Sequence record: PQ464595.1
Reading direction: 5' to 3' (one strand)
Length of the DNA stretch: 64,000 bases
Shown: in pieces, positions 1 to 8,907 of the stretch
Numbering within the stretch: position 1 is the stretch's first letter
How the letters are laid out: every line of letters starts with the position of its first letter
Program-made: the position numbers and the translations under genes
Notes under the pieces: model-generated
Told to the model about the DNA's origin: nothing
Seen by the model: only the letters and a program-made list of their open reading frames with translations
The model's database searches: none

Positions 1-1139
1 CCATCAATGAACTTTAGCCAATCTTCATGACCTGGGTGACGTGGACTACCTGGATGTGTAGGTTCTGACGCACCTTGCACAACAGGGATTTCAGTACCTT
101 CAAGATCCATACGTAGTGCTTCATCCATAGTTAGGTTCTCACCTAGTACTTCACGAACTGAAATCATTAGTTCTTTTAGAATGTCTTGTTCAGTACGATC
201 AGATTTCTGAAGTTCAGTTAGGCTTTCTTGAAGATCGAAATCAAATACAAATTCAGCAAGATTCTGATCTTCGATATTATATGTTTCCATAACTGCTTTG
301 ATAGCTTCTAGGTATTCACCTTCACTAATCTTAATGTTATCAACTAAGAAAACATCATCAGACATGAATCGTGCTACCTCGGCTTCTAGTTCTTCAAATG
401 CCTGAACAATATCCGCATAGTTTTCATCAGAAAATGCATCAAGTATATTACGCATTTCTTGTACTTCTTTTTCATGACGTGCCGCAGCATCAATTTTAGC
501 ATTTTTCTCTGCGTCGATAGTCAGTTCACGTACTGCTTTCAGATTATCACGAATTTCCTGAATTTGTTCTTCAGTTAGTTCATCATCTGGTATGATAGTT
601 TCAGGTTCTTCTGAACGAGAAGTTTGTAGCAGACGGACAGTACCGGTAGCTTGATTATAAGTACTGTAATCAATAACAACGTTACATTGTTTCTCAATGA
701 GTACTAGACCATTTTCAGTACTGATAGATACTAGACCATCGTAAGTACTAAGTTGACCTAGTTTGAATTCTTTAGTTAAAAGATAATCAATTTGTGGGTC
801 ACGGTCAAAGATGATTGCCATTGCTGCTAGTGGTTCATCAGATTTTTGTTCAGCAAATGCTTCCTGTACTGAACCTTCAGTGTAAGAAGAATTTTCCTTA
901 ACAATATCTTCAACGACATTAATTAGGCTGAATTCTTTACCATCAACTTCTAGTTCAAACGTTACTAGACCTTTGGTTGGAATAACTTCAATGTACATGA
1001 TAGCATGTTTTGGAGTTACCGAGTAACGAACGATACTAACATTACCGATAGCTGACTGTAGCTTGTCCTTTAGGACTTGAACAGACGTAATGCCTTCGAT
1101 GTTAACTAGTACTTGAATGACGGATTTAGTATTAATCAT
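1..1139 (-). CDS. Hypothetical acidic protein, 5' part only (runs off the window edge)
   Basis: Not in the ORF track. I read ATG at 1139 with a GGAG RBS upstream; the frame stays open to the window end (MINTKSVIQVLVNIEG...). Glu/Asp-rich. A TATAAATA element lies at 1174-1181. Confidence 0.8.
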   Translation of the reverse strand, partial: MINTKSVIQVLVNIEGITSVQVLKDKLQSAIGNVSIVRYSVTPKHAIMYIEVIPTKGLVTFELEVDGKEFSLINVVEDIVKENSSYTEGSVQEAFAEQKSDEPLAAMAIIFDRDPQIDYLLTKEFKLGQLSTYDGLVSISTENGLVLIEKQCNVVIDYSTYNQATGTVRLLQTSRSEEPETIIPDDELTEEQIQEIRDNLKAVRELTIDAEKNAKIDAAARHEKEVQEMRNILDAFSDENYADIVQAFEELEAEVARFMSDDVFLVDNIKISEGEYLEAIKAVMETYNIEDQNLAEFVFDFDLQESLTELQKSDRTEQDILKELMISVREVLGENLTMDEALRMDLEGTEIPVVQGASEPTHPGSPRHPGHEDWLKFID

Positions 1140-1199
1140 ATAACACTCCATGTTGTATAAAAAAAGGTAGAACTATTTATAAAATTGATCATTCTTTGA

Positions 1200-1685
1200 T
1201 CAGTTCGATTCTTTGAGGACAGTTCTAATATCCTCGTAACTTGCACTGAGCCAGTCGAATCCTTCTGGCATTATAACTCTACCATGATACTCATAGTAAT
1301 GAACAAATGGTAAAGTACTTTCTTGTAATAATTTGGCTATAGCTGGATTATGAGCAATCTTAGTTACTAACATATTCTCCATGATTTCTAAATCTTCATG
1401 AGATAATCCGAGAACGTCCAGCCTGTCGTCTCTATATTTACGTCCAGCTTTTTTGGCTTCGAAACCATGTAGTTCTCTGAGATCGTCATGTTGTTGACCT
1501 GTAAGATACCAGTACCAGAACCCTTCAGCACTGGTAAAGTACCCATAAGGTTCATAGACGAATGGAGAACGGGCGAAGTTTGATAGTAGTCTGCCTAATT
1601 CAGTTCTGGCTTGACTATAGATGTTGATGTGCGTTACGCCATCTTCTTCGGGGTCGTAAATGGGGGTTATATCGAATTCAAACAT
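1200..1685 (-). CDS. NADAR-like (YbiA/T4 gp30.3-type) ADP-ribosyl hydrolase
   Basis: LSNFARSPF...FTSAEGFW and MLVTKIAHNPAIAKLLQES match the NADAR pattern LSNF..PF / S.E / L.AKF.QNP.L..LL. Start moved to ATG 1685, which has GGAAG upstream. Confidence 0.6.
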   Translation of the reverse strand: MFEFDITPIYDPEEDGVTHINIYSQARTELGRLLSNFARSPFVYEPYGYFTSAEGFWYWYLTGQQHDDLRELHGFEAKKAGRKYRDDRLDVLGLSHEDLEIMENMLVTKIAHNPAIAKLLQESTLPFVHYYEYHGRVIMPEGFDWLSASYEDIRTVLKESN

Positions 1686-1700
1686 TTTACTTCCATGTGA

Positions 1701-1724
1701 AAAACCCCTCACTAGGAGGGGTTC
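1701..1724 (-). terminator. Intrinsic terminator
   Basis: CCCCTC-ACTAG-GAGGGG stem with a U-tract on the minus strand. Confidence 0.7.
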
Positions 1725-1729
1725 AGGTA

Positions 1730-2080
1730 TTAATATGGGTCTGAGTTGTGGGTATCATCACCTGGATTGCCACGAGTACGGTTAATGTCAATATAGACAC
1801 CAGCAGCGTTCTTGGCCTGACACTGATCCATCCACCACGAGTACTGCGTTTGAGCATTCGTGATCATACCTTGCGTGGAGCAAGAACCCATTTTGTACAG
1901 TTTAACTGAACATAACAGTGTAGCGATAATAACTGCTGCCAGCATAGTTTTTAGGAAGCGTTTCATGTTATCACCGATAACGAGAACCCAATCATCCTTT
2001 AACCAGTACTTCGCAAACAGAAACCATACGCCGAAGTTCAGGAACATGAACAACAGAACTACGAGAAAGTACTTAATCAT
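1730..2080 (-). CDS. Hypothetical membrane protein
   Basis: Two N-terminal hydrophobic helices and a Cys-containing C-terminal part. Confidence 0.7.
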   Translation of the reverse strand: MIKYFLVVLLFMFLNFGVWFLFAKYWLKDDWVLVIGDNMKRFLKTMLAAVIIATLLCSVKLYKMGSCSTQGMITNAQTQYSWWMDQCQAKNAAGVYIDINRTRGNPGDDTHNSDPY

Positions 2081-2083
2081 TTG

Positions 2084-2398
2084 TTAGCCCCATAATTTGG
2101 CATGTTGAATAACCCACTGTAAACGAAGATCGTTCTGGTGAGCAGATTTTTTACGCACTTCTTCTGAATAGTCATTACCGTTATAGTTAAACGGATATGA
2201 AACATTCAACTTAGCATTCCGTAACTGTTGGCGTAGTTCTTTGAAAATAGCAATACTTTTTAAATTAGTATTACTATAACGAAGAACACAGTCACACAAA
2301 CCAACATCAGTACTGAATAGTGGATGATTAGGAGTTCCATCTTTAATCCACTTCAGATATTCACGATAGAATCGTGTCAGTTCGTTAGATTGATCCAT
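2084..2398 (-). CDS. Hypothetical protein, paralog of 2385-2729
   Basis: Shares the motifs Y..W...GTP.H..FS...GLC, PFN and H.N..R..WV..HA with its neighbour. Confidence 0.75.
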   Translation of the reverse strand: MDQSNELTRFYREYLKWIKDGTPNHPLFSTDVGLCDCVLRYSNTNLKSIAIFKELRQQLRNAKLNVSYPFNYNGNDYSEEVRKKSAHQNDLRLQWVIQHAKLWG

Positions 2399-2729
2399 TT
2401 GAACTATCCAGCATAGCGTGAACCATAACCCACTTGATACGATGTTCGTTCAGGTGAGATTTGTTAAAATGCATTTCATCAATAAATTCTGAACGAGATG
2501 CGTTAAATGGGAACATATAATCTAAGTTCTCACTTTCGAATATTTTTTTCAATTCTGGATAAGCATGAAGTACTGAACCATTTTCCACCTTATCAGTACT
2601 CAAAAGATAATCCATCCACATACGGCATAAGCCGTTCCGAATGCTGAAAATTTCGTGTGATGGTGTACCTTTATTGAACCAGCTAATATAGTCGCGACAG
2701 AAGTCTGTCATTGCTTGAGATTGTTGCAT
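2385..2729 (-). CDS. Hypothetical protein, paralog of 2084-2398
   Basis: Same shared motifs; tandem arrangement. Confidence 0.75.
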   Translation of the reverse strand: MQQSQAMTDFCRDYISWFNKGTPSHEIFSIRNGLCRMWMDYLLSTDKVENGSVLHAYPELKKIFESENLDYMFPFNASRSEFIDEMHFNKSHLNEHRIKWVMVHAMLDSSNGSI

Positions 2730-2732
2730 GAT

Positions 2733-2906
2733 TTATTCCTCAGTACTGAAACATTTAGCAGTAACGATAGTAAGATTACCATTAGCGAACCGACTCTTAG
2801 CTTTCGGTAATGACTGTTTCTCACAAGTTTCAACATCCACTTTAAGTGGGATTTGAACTGTAGTCGGATTACCGTTTAATGACAAGATAAGAATGATGAT
2901 TGACAT
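2733..2906 (-). CDS. Small hypothetical protein, 57 aa, not in the ORF track
   Basis: MSIIILILSLNGNPTTVQIPLKVDVETCEKQSLPKAKSRFANGNLTIVTAKCFSTEE; GAGG RBS; fills the gap directly behind a sigma70 promoter. Confidence 0.7.
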   Translation of the reverse strand: MSIIILILSLNGNPTTVQIPLKVDVETCEKQSLPKAKSRFANGNLTIVTAKCFSTEE

Positions 2907-2938
2907 ACTAGCCTCACTTAAATTATTAACTTGATGCT

Positions 2939-2967
2939 AGTGTAACAGAACTCTCAGGATTCGTCAA
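2939..2967 (-). promoter_or_regulatory. Sigma70-type early promoter
   Basis: TTGACG-17 bp-TACACT. Confidence 0.65.
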
Positions 2968-3524
2968 GCAGTTTTTCTGAAATTCTCAAACAAATCTATA
3001 AGAGCCAGTACTGAAATGTCATCTTCTACTAGATCATGAGTGAACGCTTCAGGTGAATCTATTTTAAACCATTTGCCGTTAACAAGCAAGTCTTCATCAT
3101 GAAAAACAATACTATGAATAACTTTCTCACTATTGGACAAATTATGATGCCAGTTCTCTACGACTTGTAGTTTAACAATTCTGTCACGTGTGCAAGTAAT
3201 AACAACATGGAACGAAGTCAATGTAGGTGAGCTTAAATTACCAGAACCAGTATACGATGAAACTGTATAAACCGCAGGTAATGTAGTTACACCTGGTTGG
3301 ATTTGCATTGATGATAATGAAGGTACTACAGGTGGTGGATTAAATCGTTCTGCTGTAGCAGCTTTCTTAAATTTATAAACATTAGGTTTAGGAATACTGA
3401 TTGTTAGATTATGGAATAGATAATCTTCTGCGTAGTCCAGTACATCAAAGTTACACTTGTTAATAGTGTCTAGTAGAGATTCGACTTCTGCGAACCAATC
3501 AATAAATGGGATTTTTCTTTCCAT
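2964..3524 (-). CDS. Hypothetical protein
   Basis: 186-aa ORF, GGAG RBS, no recognisable motif. Confidence 0.7.
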   Translation of the reverse strand: MERKIPFIDWFAEVESLLDTINKCNFDVLDYAEDYLFHNLTISIPKPNVYKFKKAATAERFNPPPVVPSLSSMQIQPGVTTLPAVYTVSSYTGSGNLSSPTLTSFHVVITCTRDRIVKLQVVENWHHNLSNSEKVIHSIVFHDEDLLVNGKWFKIDSPEAFTHDLVEDDISVLALIDLFENFRKTA

Positions 3525-3540
3525 ATTTGCTCCATGCGAA

Positions 3541-3565
3541 AAAGCTGCCCCGAAGGACAGCTTTT
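3541..3565 (-). terminator. Intrinsic terminator
   Basis: AAGCTG.CC-CGAA-GG.CAGCTT stem flanked by A and T tracts. Confidence 0.6.
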
Positions 3566-3572
3566 GTATAAC

Positions 3573-4124
3573 TTAGTGAAGTTTAATAACTTCTTGACGA
3601 TGTGTTTCGAAAGCTTTCGCAGTACGATCATCAGTTACGATGGTACACAGCTTTTCGATGTTGTTGCCTGGGTATTTAGCACTGAGGAACATGCTTGACC
3701 AGACGCGACCACGGAATTCTTCGTAATCAGAACATACATCCGTCTTCTTATTTTGTGCGTTCTTGAAAGCTTCACGACCTGCGTCGATTGTCACCATCAG
3801 AGTTTCGTACATCTTAGGAGACAGGTTCGGCATGTTTTGCTGGACGAAAGAACGAATGTAAGTTTCGTCTTTGTTACGTCCTTCGAAGTACGCTTTAAGC
3901 GTTTTCTGAAGGTCTTCAGCGTACATTGCTGGAATCTGAGCTTGTTCCTGCACTTTCAGAGTATAGGTGCTCAGTTGTGTCTGACTTGCCAGATCGTTAC
4001 GCTTGATATTAGTTTCAAACGCATTGGCCTTGTTGTTTACGCTGGTGTAAGTACCAACTACCCCAAGGAATCCCAATACCAGTACTACCACAGTTGAGAT
4101 TAAGATTGCTGTTCCGAGTTTCAT
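3573..4124 (-). CDS. LemA-like membrane-anchored coiled-coil protein
   Basis: Start moved to 4124 (ATGA overlap with the upstream stop). N-terminal TM helix, then Y..VNN.AN.FE.NI and a helical body as in the LemA family. Confidence 0.55.
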   Translation of the reverse strand: MKLGTAILISTVVVLVLGFLGVVGTYTSVNNKANAFETNIKRNDLASQTQLSTYTLKVQEQAQIPAMYAEDLQKTLKAYFEGRNKDETYIRSFVQQNMPNLSPKMYETLMVTIDAGREAFKNAQNKKTDVCSDYEEFRGRVWSSMFLSAKYPGNNIEKLCTIVTDDRTAKAFETHRQEVIKLH

Positions 4125-5215
4125 AGATCTACTTTCCTCATGTAATTGCCGACTAATAATGATGATACCGCAGCTAAGATGGAGCAGAGAATAACTACCC
4201 ACAAGCTAGGTTCAAGTTTGTATTTCAGATATTCAAATTCCGCATTAGGCAGACGTTTGAAGTTCTGGTTAATATCTTTCACTAAAATCTGAACTAAGTC
4301 AAGTGACATTTGTTCAGACATGGCATCCATACGCAGTTTGCTATGAAGCAGTTCGTTATTAGATCCTTGAGCGAATGAAGTACTGGAAAAGTTACGAACT
4401 GAACCAGTTTCATCTAACGCTGCGAACATGATAACGTCATTCTTCTTACCACCACGCCACTTACCGAGGATAGCTTTCGGTAATTCAGCATCTTTGACAG
4501 GATAAAGTACTAGCACGATGTTAACTTGCTTAGCTGCCCCCATGTCACGGAGTGCCGAATTCAGGTAATCATTATAGCCTGTTACGCTATGGTTCGTCAA
4601 GTTCAATACGTGATTTACCCGATAATAATCGTATACTTCAGGGTACTCAGGTAGAGACTTTTTGTACGCTTCAGTGTAATCACGCTGATATTCTTTTTCA
4701 TGGAACAATGATTCTTCATTGCCCAGGAGATAGTTAAAGTACGTGTGCTCAGTACTAGCAGGATCGCCAATCTGAATCATAGACCAGCGAGGCGGTGTTG
4801 CTGTACCTTGACGGTTCACACGTTCGATAGTATGAGAATCAACTGAAGTTTTAACCCGCCAATCTACTTCATATGAATAATCGAACACTTTATATGATTC
4901 ACAACTCTTTTGTCGCTTACCATGACTATCAGTGTAGTATGAACATTTCTCATGCCACGTATAGTGTTTACAGGAACTGCTTTGTGAACACCATTCTACA
5001 TGACGTGATTTGCTCAGTACTTTGCCGTTTAAAATCTCAGTATCAGCCATTGAAGCATAAATGCTTGCGTAGGTAACACCCATCATGATAGCAATACTGG
5101 CACATACTGCTAAGAAGTGATATAGACACTCTTTAGTAGTGATAGTGTGACTGTACTTGTATTTCATGATGATCATAATCAGTAATGCTGGTAAAGCAAT
5201 AATGAAGAAGTTCAT
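4121..5215 (-). CDS. Membrane protein with Cys-rich extracytoplasmic region and TPM-like domain
   Basis: Two N-terminal TM helices and one C-terminal; VNIVLVL...WRGGKKNDVIMF resembles TPM domains; translationally coupled to the LemA-like gene. Confidence 0.45.
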   Translation of the reverse strand: MNFFIIALPALLIMIIMKYKYSHTITTKECLYHFLAVCASIAIMMGVTYASIYASMADTEILNGKVLSKSRHVEWCSQSSSCKHYTWHEKCSYYTDSHGKRQKSCESYKVFDYSYEVDWRVKTSVDSHTIERVNRQGTATPPRWSMIQIGDPASTEHTYFNYLLGNEESLFHEKEYQRDYTEAYKKSLPEYPEVYDYYRVNHVLNLTNHSVTGYNDYLNSALRDMGAAKQVNIVLVLYPVKDAELPKAILGKWRGGKKNDVIMFAALDETGSVRNFSSTSFAQGSNNELLHSKLRMDAMSEQMSLDLVQILVKDINQNFKRLPNAEFEYLKYKLEPSLWVVILCSILAAVSSLLVGNYMRKVDL

Positions 5216-5254
5216 GGTTTAGCCCTATTATTGGTTAACAGGGCTATTCTAGCA

Positions 5255-5944
5255 TTAAGCGGCGGGAACGTCAAGCGGTTTTACAAGATCCAGCATGTAA
5301 CGAGTCATCAGAGATTCTTTAGCAGCGTCAAATACAGGATTGTGTAAGCACAATGGGAACATTTTGTCAAGAGAATCTACTTCTTCGACGAATGCATCTA
5401 AGTGCGGTTGAATAGCTTCTTTCATAGCTTCTTCTTGTTCTTTCGAAAGTAGCATACGAAGGGTACGAACGTTCTGAGGTGAAGTGTAGTTCCACAAAGT
5501 ACCTTCACCGAACATTACACGGTGGTTCTCTTGTAGAATACTACAATCGAAATGGCAACCATTACCAAATACTTTAGTACTGAATTTTGGATCATCAGAA
5601 CCGTGAAGGAACCATTTAAGGATACTTGGAATGTTAGTAGATTCGTAAACAGTACCGTCACCACGAATAGCAGTTGGACGTTCAAGTTTGAATGACTTTT
5701 GCATTTCGCAAAGAGCAAGGGGGAATTCCTGAGCACAAGCGTTAAACCAGAAGTCCATAGTACGGGCATCTACTTTCAAGCCTAGATCAAGTTGTTCCTG
5801 TATAGGAAGTTGAATGTACAGCCAATCCATTTCATGGGTCAGTACTTCAGGGATACGCACAACGGCGTAGTTAGGGATTACAATGTTATAGCCTGAGTTC
5901 TCTGGTGTTGCTAGAGTCTCAATATCAATAGTACACATAGACAT
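5255..5944 (-). CDS. DEDDh 3'-5' exonuclease, T4 DexA-like
   Basis: ExoI IDIET, ExoII FGNGCHFDCSIL, ExoIII LHNPVFDAAKE. Confidence 0.75.
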   Translation of the reverse strand: MSMCTIDIETLATPENSGYNIVIPNYAVVRIPEVLTHEMDWLYIQLPIQEQLDLGLKVDARTMDFWFNACAQEFPLALCEMQKSFKLERPTAIRGDGTVYESTNIPSILKWFLHGSDDPKFSTKVFGNGCHFDCSILQENHRVMFGEGTLWNYTSPQNVRTLRMLLSKEQEEAMKEAIQPHLDAFVEEVDSLDKMFPLCLHNPVFDAAKESLMTRYMLDLVKPLDVPAA

Positions 5945-6264
5945 TATAGATTAACCACCTTATAATAAGTTTTTACTACTGTTTTTTCATGTTTTGTTAC
6001 GAATGAAAATACAGTATCTTCATATTCATAACCTTGGTAATAATCTCCAGTACGTTCAAGTTCTGCTTGAACAAATACTTCTAAATCTACAAATCCGAAA
6101 ACCATAGTTTTATGAGAACGACGGCCTTCATCTTCCCAAGCAGTTTCTTGTAAAAGATTATATTTAATTCCTTCGTCACCCCATTTACCTTCTGGATCAT
6201 CTTCATAATCCATTGAATCAATAAGTTCACCGAGTTTAGTTAGAAGTTCTTGTGTATATTCCAT
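5944..6264 (-). CDS. Hypothetical acidic protein
   Basis: Start moved to MEYTQ (6264) because the longer start lies inside the terminator. Confidence 0.7.
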   Translation of the reverse strand: MEYTQELLTKLGELIDSMDYEDDPEGKWGDEGIKYNLLQETAWEDEGRRSHKTMVFGFVDLEVFVQAELERTGDYYQGYEYEDTVFSFVTKHEKTVVKTYYKVVNL

Positions 6265-6281
6265 ACAAATTTTCCATAAGA

Positions 6282-6307
6282 AAAAACCCCGCAATGCGGG
6301 GTTTTGT
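6282..6307 (-). terminator. Intrinsic (bidirectional) terminator
   Basis: AAAAAACCCCGC-AAT-GCGGGGTTTT. Confidence 0.8.
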
Positions 6308-6321
6308 TTTAGTAACCGATG

Positions 6322-7470
6322 TTACTTTTTGTTAGCAATATCGCGGAGGGCGATTTTCAGGTCGTTGTCCATTTTTGCCATGCTAATGGCGGCCTGTTTG
6401 CGTTCCAAGCGACCAGCTTGTTCAATACGCATGGTTTCGTTGATACCGTTCAACATATCAGTCTGGATTGACTGGAGTGTTGCCAGGTCAACAACGCCAC
6501 GCTGGTTAGCTGCTGCCGCATCTTTCATGTTCTGAGCCACGTTTTTCGCGTTATCCTTCAACAGACGGTTCGTTTCATTGTCGATCATGTTCGACAGTTC
6601 GTTATCTTTCTTCTGCTGGAGGCTGATCAGAGAAAGACTCATGTTGTTTTTCCACGCTGGGATAACAACGGTGTTGAGAGATTCGAACTTCTCAACGGTG
6701 TTCATGTTAACTTTACGCATTGACGCAATTTGCGGTGCGGTCAATTTGGAAAGCTGTACCAGACGACGCAGTTTATCAGCCTGTTTATCCAGTGCGTCAG
6801 TCAGCATACGCTGTTCATCGAGAATGTTCATTGGAGTTTCTGGATCTGCCAGAAGTGCTGCCATTTTCACATCTTCGACTTCTTTCACCGCTTCCACGGA
6901 ATCCAGAATATCTTCCAGTTCATGGAGGTATTCGATATTCGCAGTGTAAGCATTGTTCAGCCACACGGCCTCACCACGCATACGAGTGATACCAGTGGTC
7001 AGAGTACCAGTGATTTTCTCAATCTGGTCTTTGCTGGTTTCGAACTGATCCAGTACTTTCTGTTTGGTATCACCAAAGATGTTCCAAACACGAGACAGCA
7101 GACCTGAACGTTGTTCACCGAGTTTGGTAATATCAACTTTACGGGTCAGTGTCAGAATGTTAGAAATACCTTCACCGAGTTCGCCAGTATCAGCAACTTT
7201 TACTTTTGACAGAATTTCTTCTGACAGTTTACCGATATTCTGACCAGCATCAGAACCGAGGGTATGGATGTTAGCGATGGTCAGTTCCATCGTAGTGCCC
7301 TTTGAGTCACGCAGTACTGGCAGGTTTTTCTCACTTTGAGTGATTTCTTCCTGGTCAAAGGTTTCCGGTTCACGCTGTTTTGTCGCCGCAGGTTTGCGTT
7401 TACGTGGCTGAGCTTTTTTAGGCTGAGGCTGTACTTCTTCGAAACCGTTGTTTGCGTCGTCAATTGCCAT
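6322..7470 (-). CDS. telA: TelA/KlaB-family toxic anion resistance protein
   Basis: Long helical protein with I..LGSDAG, ITAW/VIPAWK-like motif (NTVVIPAWKNNM) and NRGVVDLATL, typical of the TelA family. Confidence 0.75.
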   Translation of the reverse strand: MAIDDANNGFEEVQPQPKKAQPRKRKPAATKQREPETFDQEEITQSEKNLPVLRDSKGTTMELTIANIHTLGSDAGQNIGKLSEEILSKVKVADTGELGEGISNILTLTRKVDITKLGEQRSGLLSRVWNIFGDTKQKVLDQFETSKDQIEKITGTLTTGITRMRGEAVWLNNAYTANIEYLHELEDILDSVEAVKEVEDVKMAALLADPETPMNILDEQRMLTDALDKQADKLRRLVQLSKLTAPQIASMRKVNMNTVEKFESLNTVVIPAWKNNMSLSLISLQQKKDNELSNMIDNETNRLLKDNAKNVAQNMKDAAAANQRGVVDLATLQSIQTDMLNGINETMRIEQAGRLERKQAAISMAKMDNDLKIALRDIANKK

Positions 7471-7524
7471 GATGGTAATTCCTTCATTCTAAGTTAATGG
7501 GAGATTGCTGTCTTGTTGAGATAC

Positions 7525-7553
7525 ATAGTACAGCAATCTTCAGGGTTCGTCAA
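7525..7553 (-). promoter_or_regulatory. Sigma70-type early promoter of the telA-like gene
   Basis: TTGACG-17 bp-TACTAT, overlapped by a 10-bp inverted repeat (7502-7511 / 7530-7539). Confidence 0.75.
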
Positions 7554-7573
7554 GGATTATTTTACTTTATTTC

Positions 7574-8848
7574 TTAACGCGGTCCAGTACTACGAGTACC
7601 TTTTTCTGCCATGTCGCCCTTTTCAGAATCGACTTCTTCAACCGCGTCAATATAAACCTGTACTGGATCAACTGGTTCGTCTGATTCAGTAGGAGCATTA
7701 TACCCGTTATTTTTCGGGGATGCAACTACATTTTCACGATAAGCCAGGCCACGGATGATATTAACAGTTTCATCATCGACACGTTTAGATGCCTGATTCT
7801 GAAGTTTAACAATCAACAGTGGAACTACTACTTCCTGTACTTCTTTGAGCTTGCTCAAATCTGACAGGAACTTTTTATGAATAGTGCTAAGTGACAATTC
7901 CGAGATTTCGGTTGTCGCACGAATTTTCATCAAACGTTCCTGACGCAGTTCGAACTCATACGGATCTTCATCAGTCGCAATAACATACTGACAACCAATG
8001 ATACCGTGCTCAACGCGATCTTTGATTTCACCGATATTACCCTGAATGCCTTTAAAGACTTCAGAGATACCGCTAAAGCGGTGCGGGTCAACCGAAACAG
8101 CGTTACGTAAAGTACTGAGAATAGTACTCAAATCTTCCTGTTTAACTTCGATGGCTTTAGTTCCACCGAACATACGTTGCATGAACGTTGGTTTCAGTGG
8201 GAACATACCTTCGAGTACAGTAGTCAAGTTGTTCATAACACCGTGAATGTAATCACTGTTATTTTTCAGAATCTGAACAAGTTTAATTTGTTCTTCTGAC
8301 AACGCTTGAGTACTGACAGTAATTTCCTGAGAACATACTTCAAAGTTCTCAACCCAATCCAGTACTAGCATTGGCTGGAACTCTACGTTTGCTTTCATGC
8401 CGATAATGGCTGGCAGACGTTTGTCGTTCTCGCTCAGTTCTTTACGCTCGAATACAATCGGTGCTGGAATGTCCGGCATTGCTGGATTGTTATTCTGAAG
8501 TACTACAGGTTTAGCTTTCCCATCGAGAAAGTCCTGATACTCTTGCTGTAAGCGAGGAACCGGAAGATCTTCAATGCGGATTTTACCGAAGTAAATATCA
8601 TCCAGCATCATTTCGAGCACACGCAGACGAACGCTATCATAGAAGATTTCGTTCAAGTTCAACGGGCGAACATCAAAGATCGGCATACCAGTACCGTCAT
8701 ATGTACGGCTAACGATTACGTTGAAAATATACTTCTTAGCAACGTTCTTATCAAATACCTTCAGCAAACTATTGCGAACGTAGTTGTAATCGAATTCCTG
8801 AATCTCAATGTTAGAACGACCATCGTTGAAGAAATATTTTCCTTTCAT
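7574..8848 (-). CDS. Hypothetical helical protein, probable TelA-operon partner (KlaA/XpaC-like)
   Basis: Adjacent to telA; helical C-terminal half with FMQRMFG, similar to the LLSRVWNIFG segment of TelA. Confidence 0.45.
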   Translation of the reverse strand: MKGKYFFNDGRSNIEIQEFDYNYVRNSLLKVFDKNVAKKYIFNVIVSRTYDGTGMPIFDVRPLNLNEIFYDSVRLRVLEMMLDDIYFGKIRIEDLPVPRLQQEYQDFLDGKAKPVVLQNNNPAMPDIPAPIVFERKELSENDKRLPAIIGMKANVEFQPMLVLDWVENFEVCSQEITVSTQALSEEQIKLVQILKNNSDYIHGVMNNLTTVLEGMFPLKPTFMQRMFGGTKAIEVKQEDLSTILSTLRNAVSVDPHRFSGISEVFKGIQGNIGEIKDRVEHGIIGCQYVIATDEDPYEFELRQERLMKIRATTEISELSLSTIHKKFLSDLSKLKEVQEVVVPLLIVKLQNQASKRVDDETVNIIRGLAYRENVVASPKNNGYNAPTESDEPVDPVQVYIDAVEEVDSEKGDMAEKGTRSTGPR

Positions 8849-8907
8849 GATTCATAATCTCGCAGTTAAATTAATAGGCTGGGGTGCATTATAGCACCCC
8901 AAAACGA

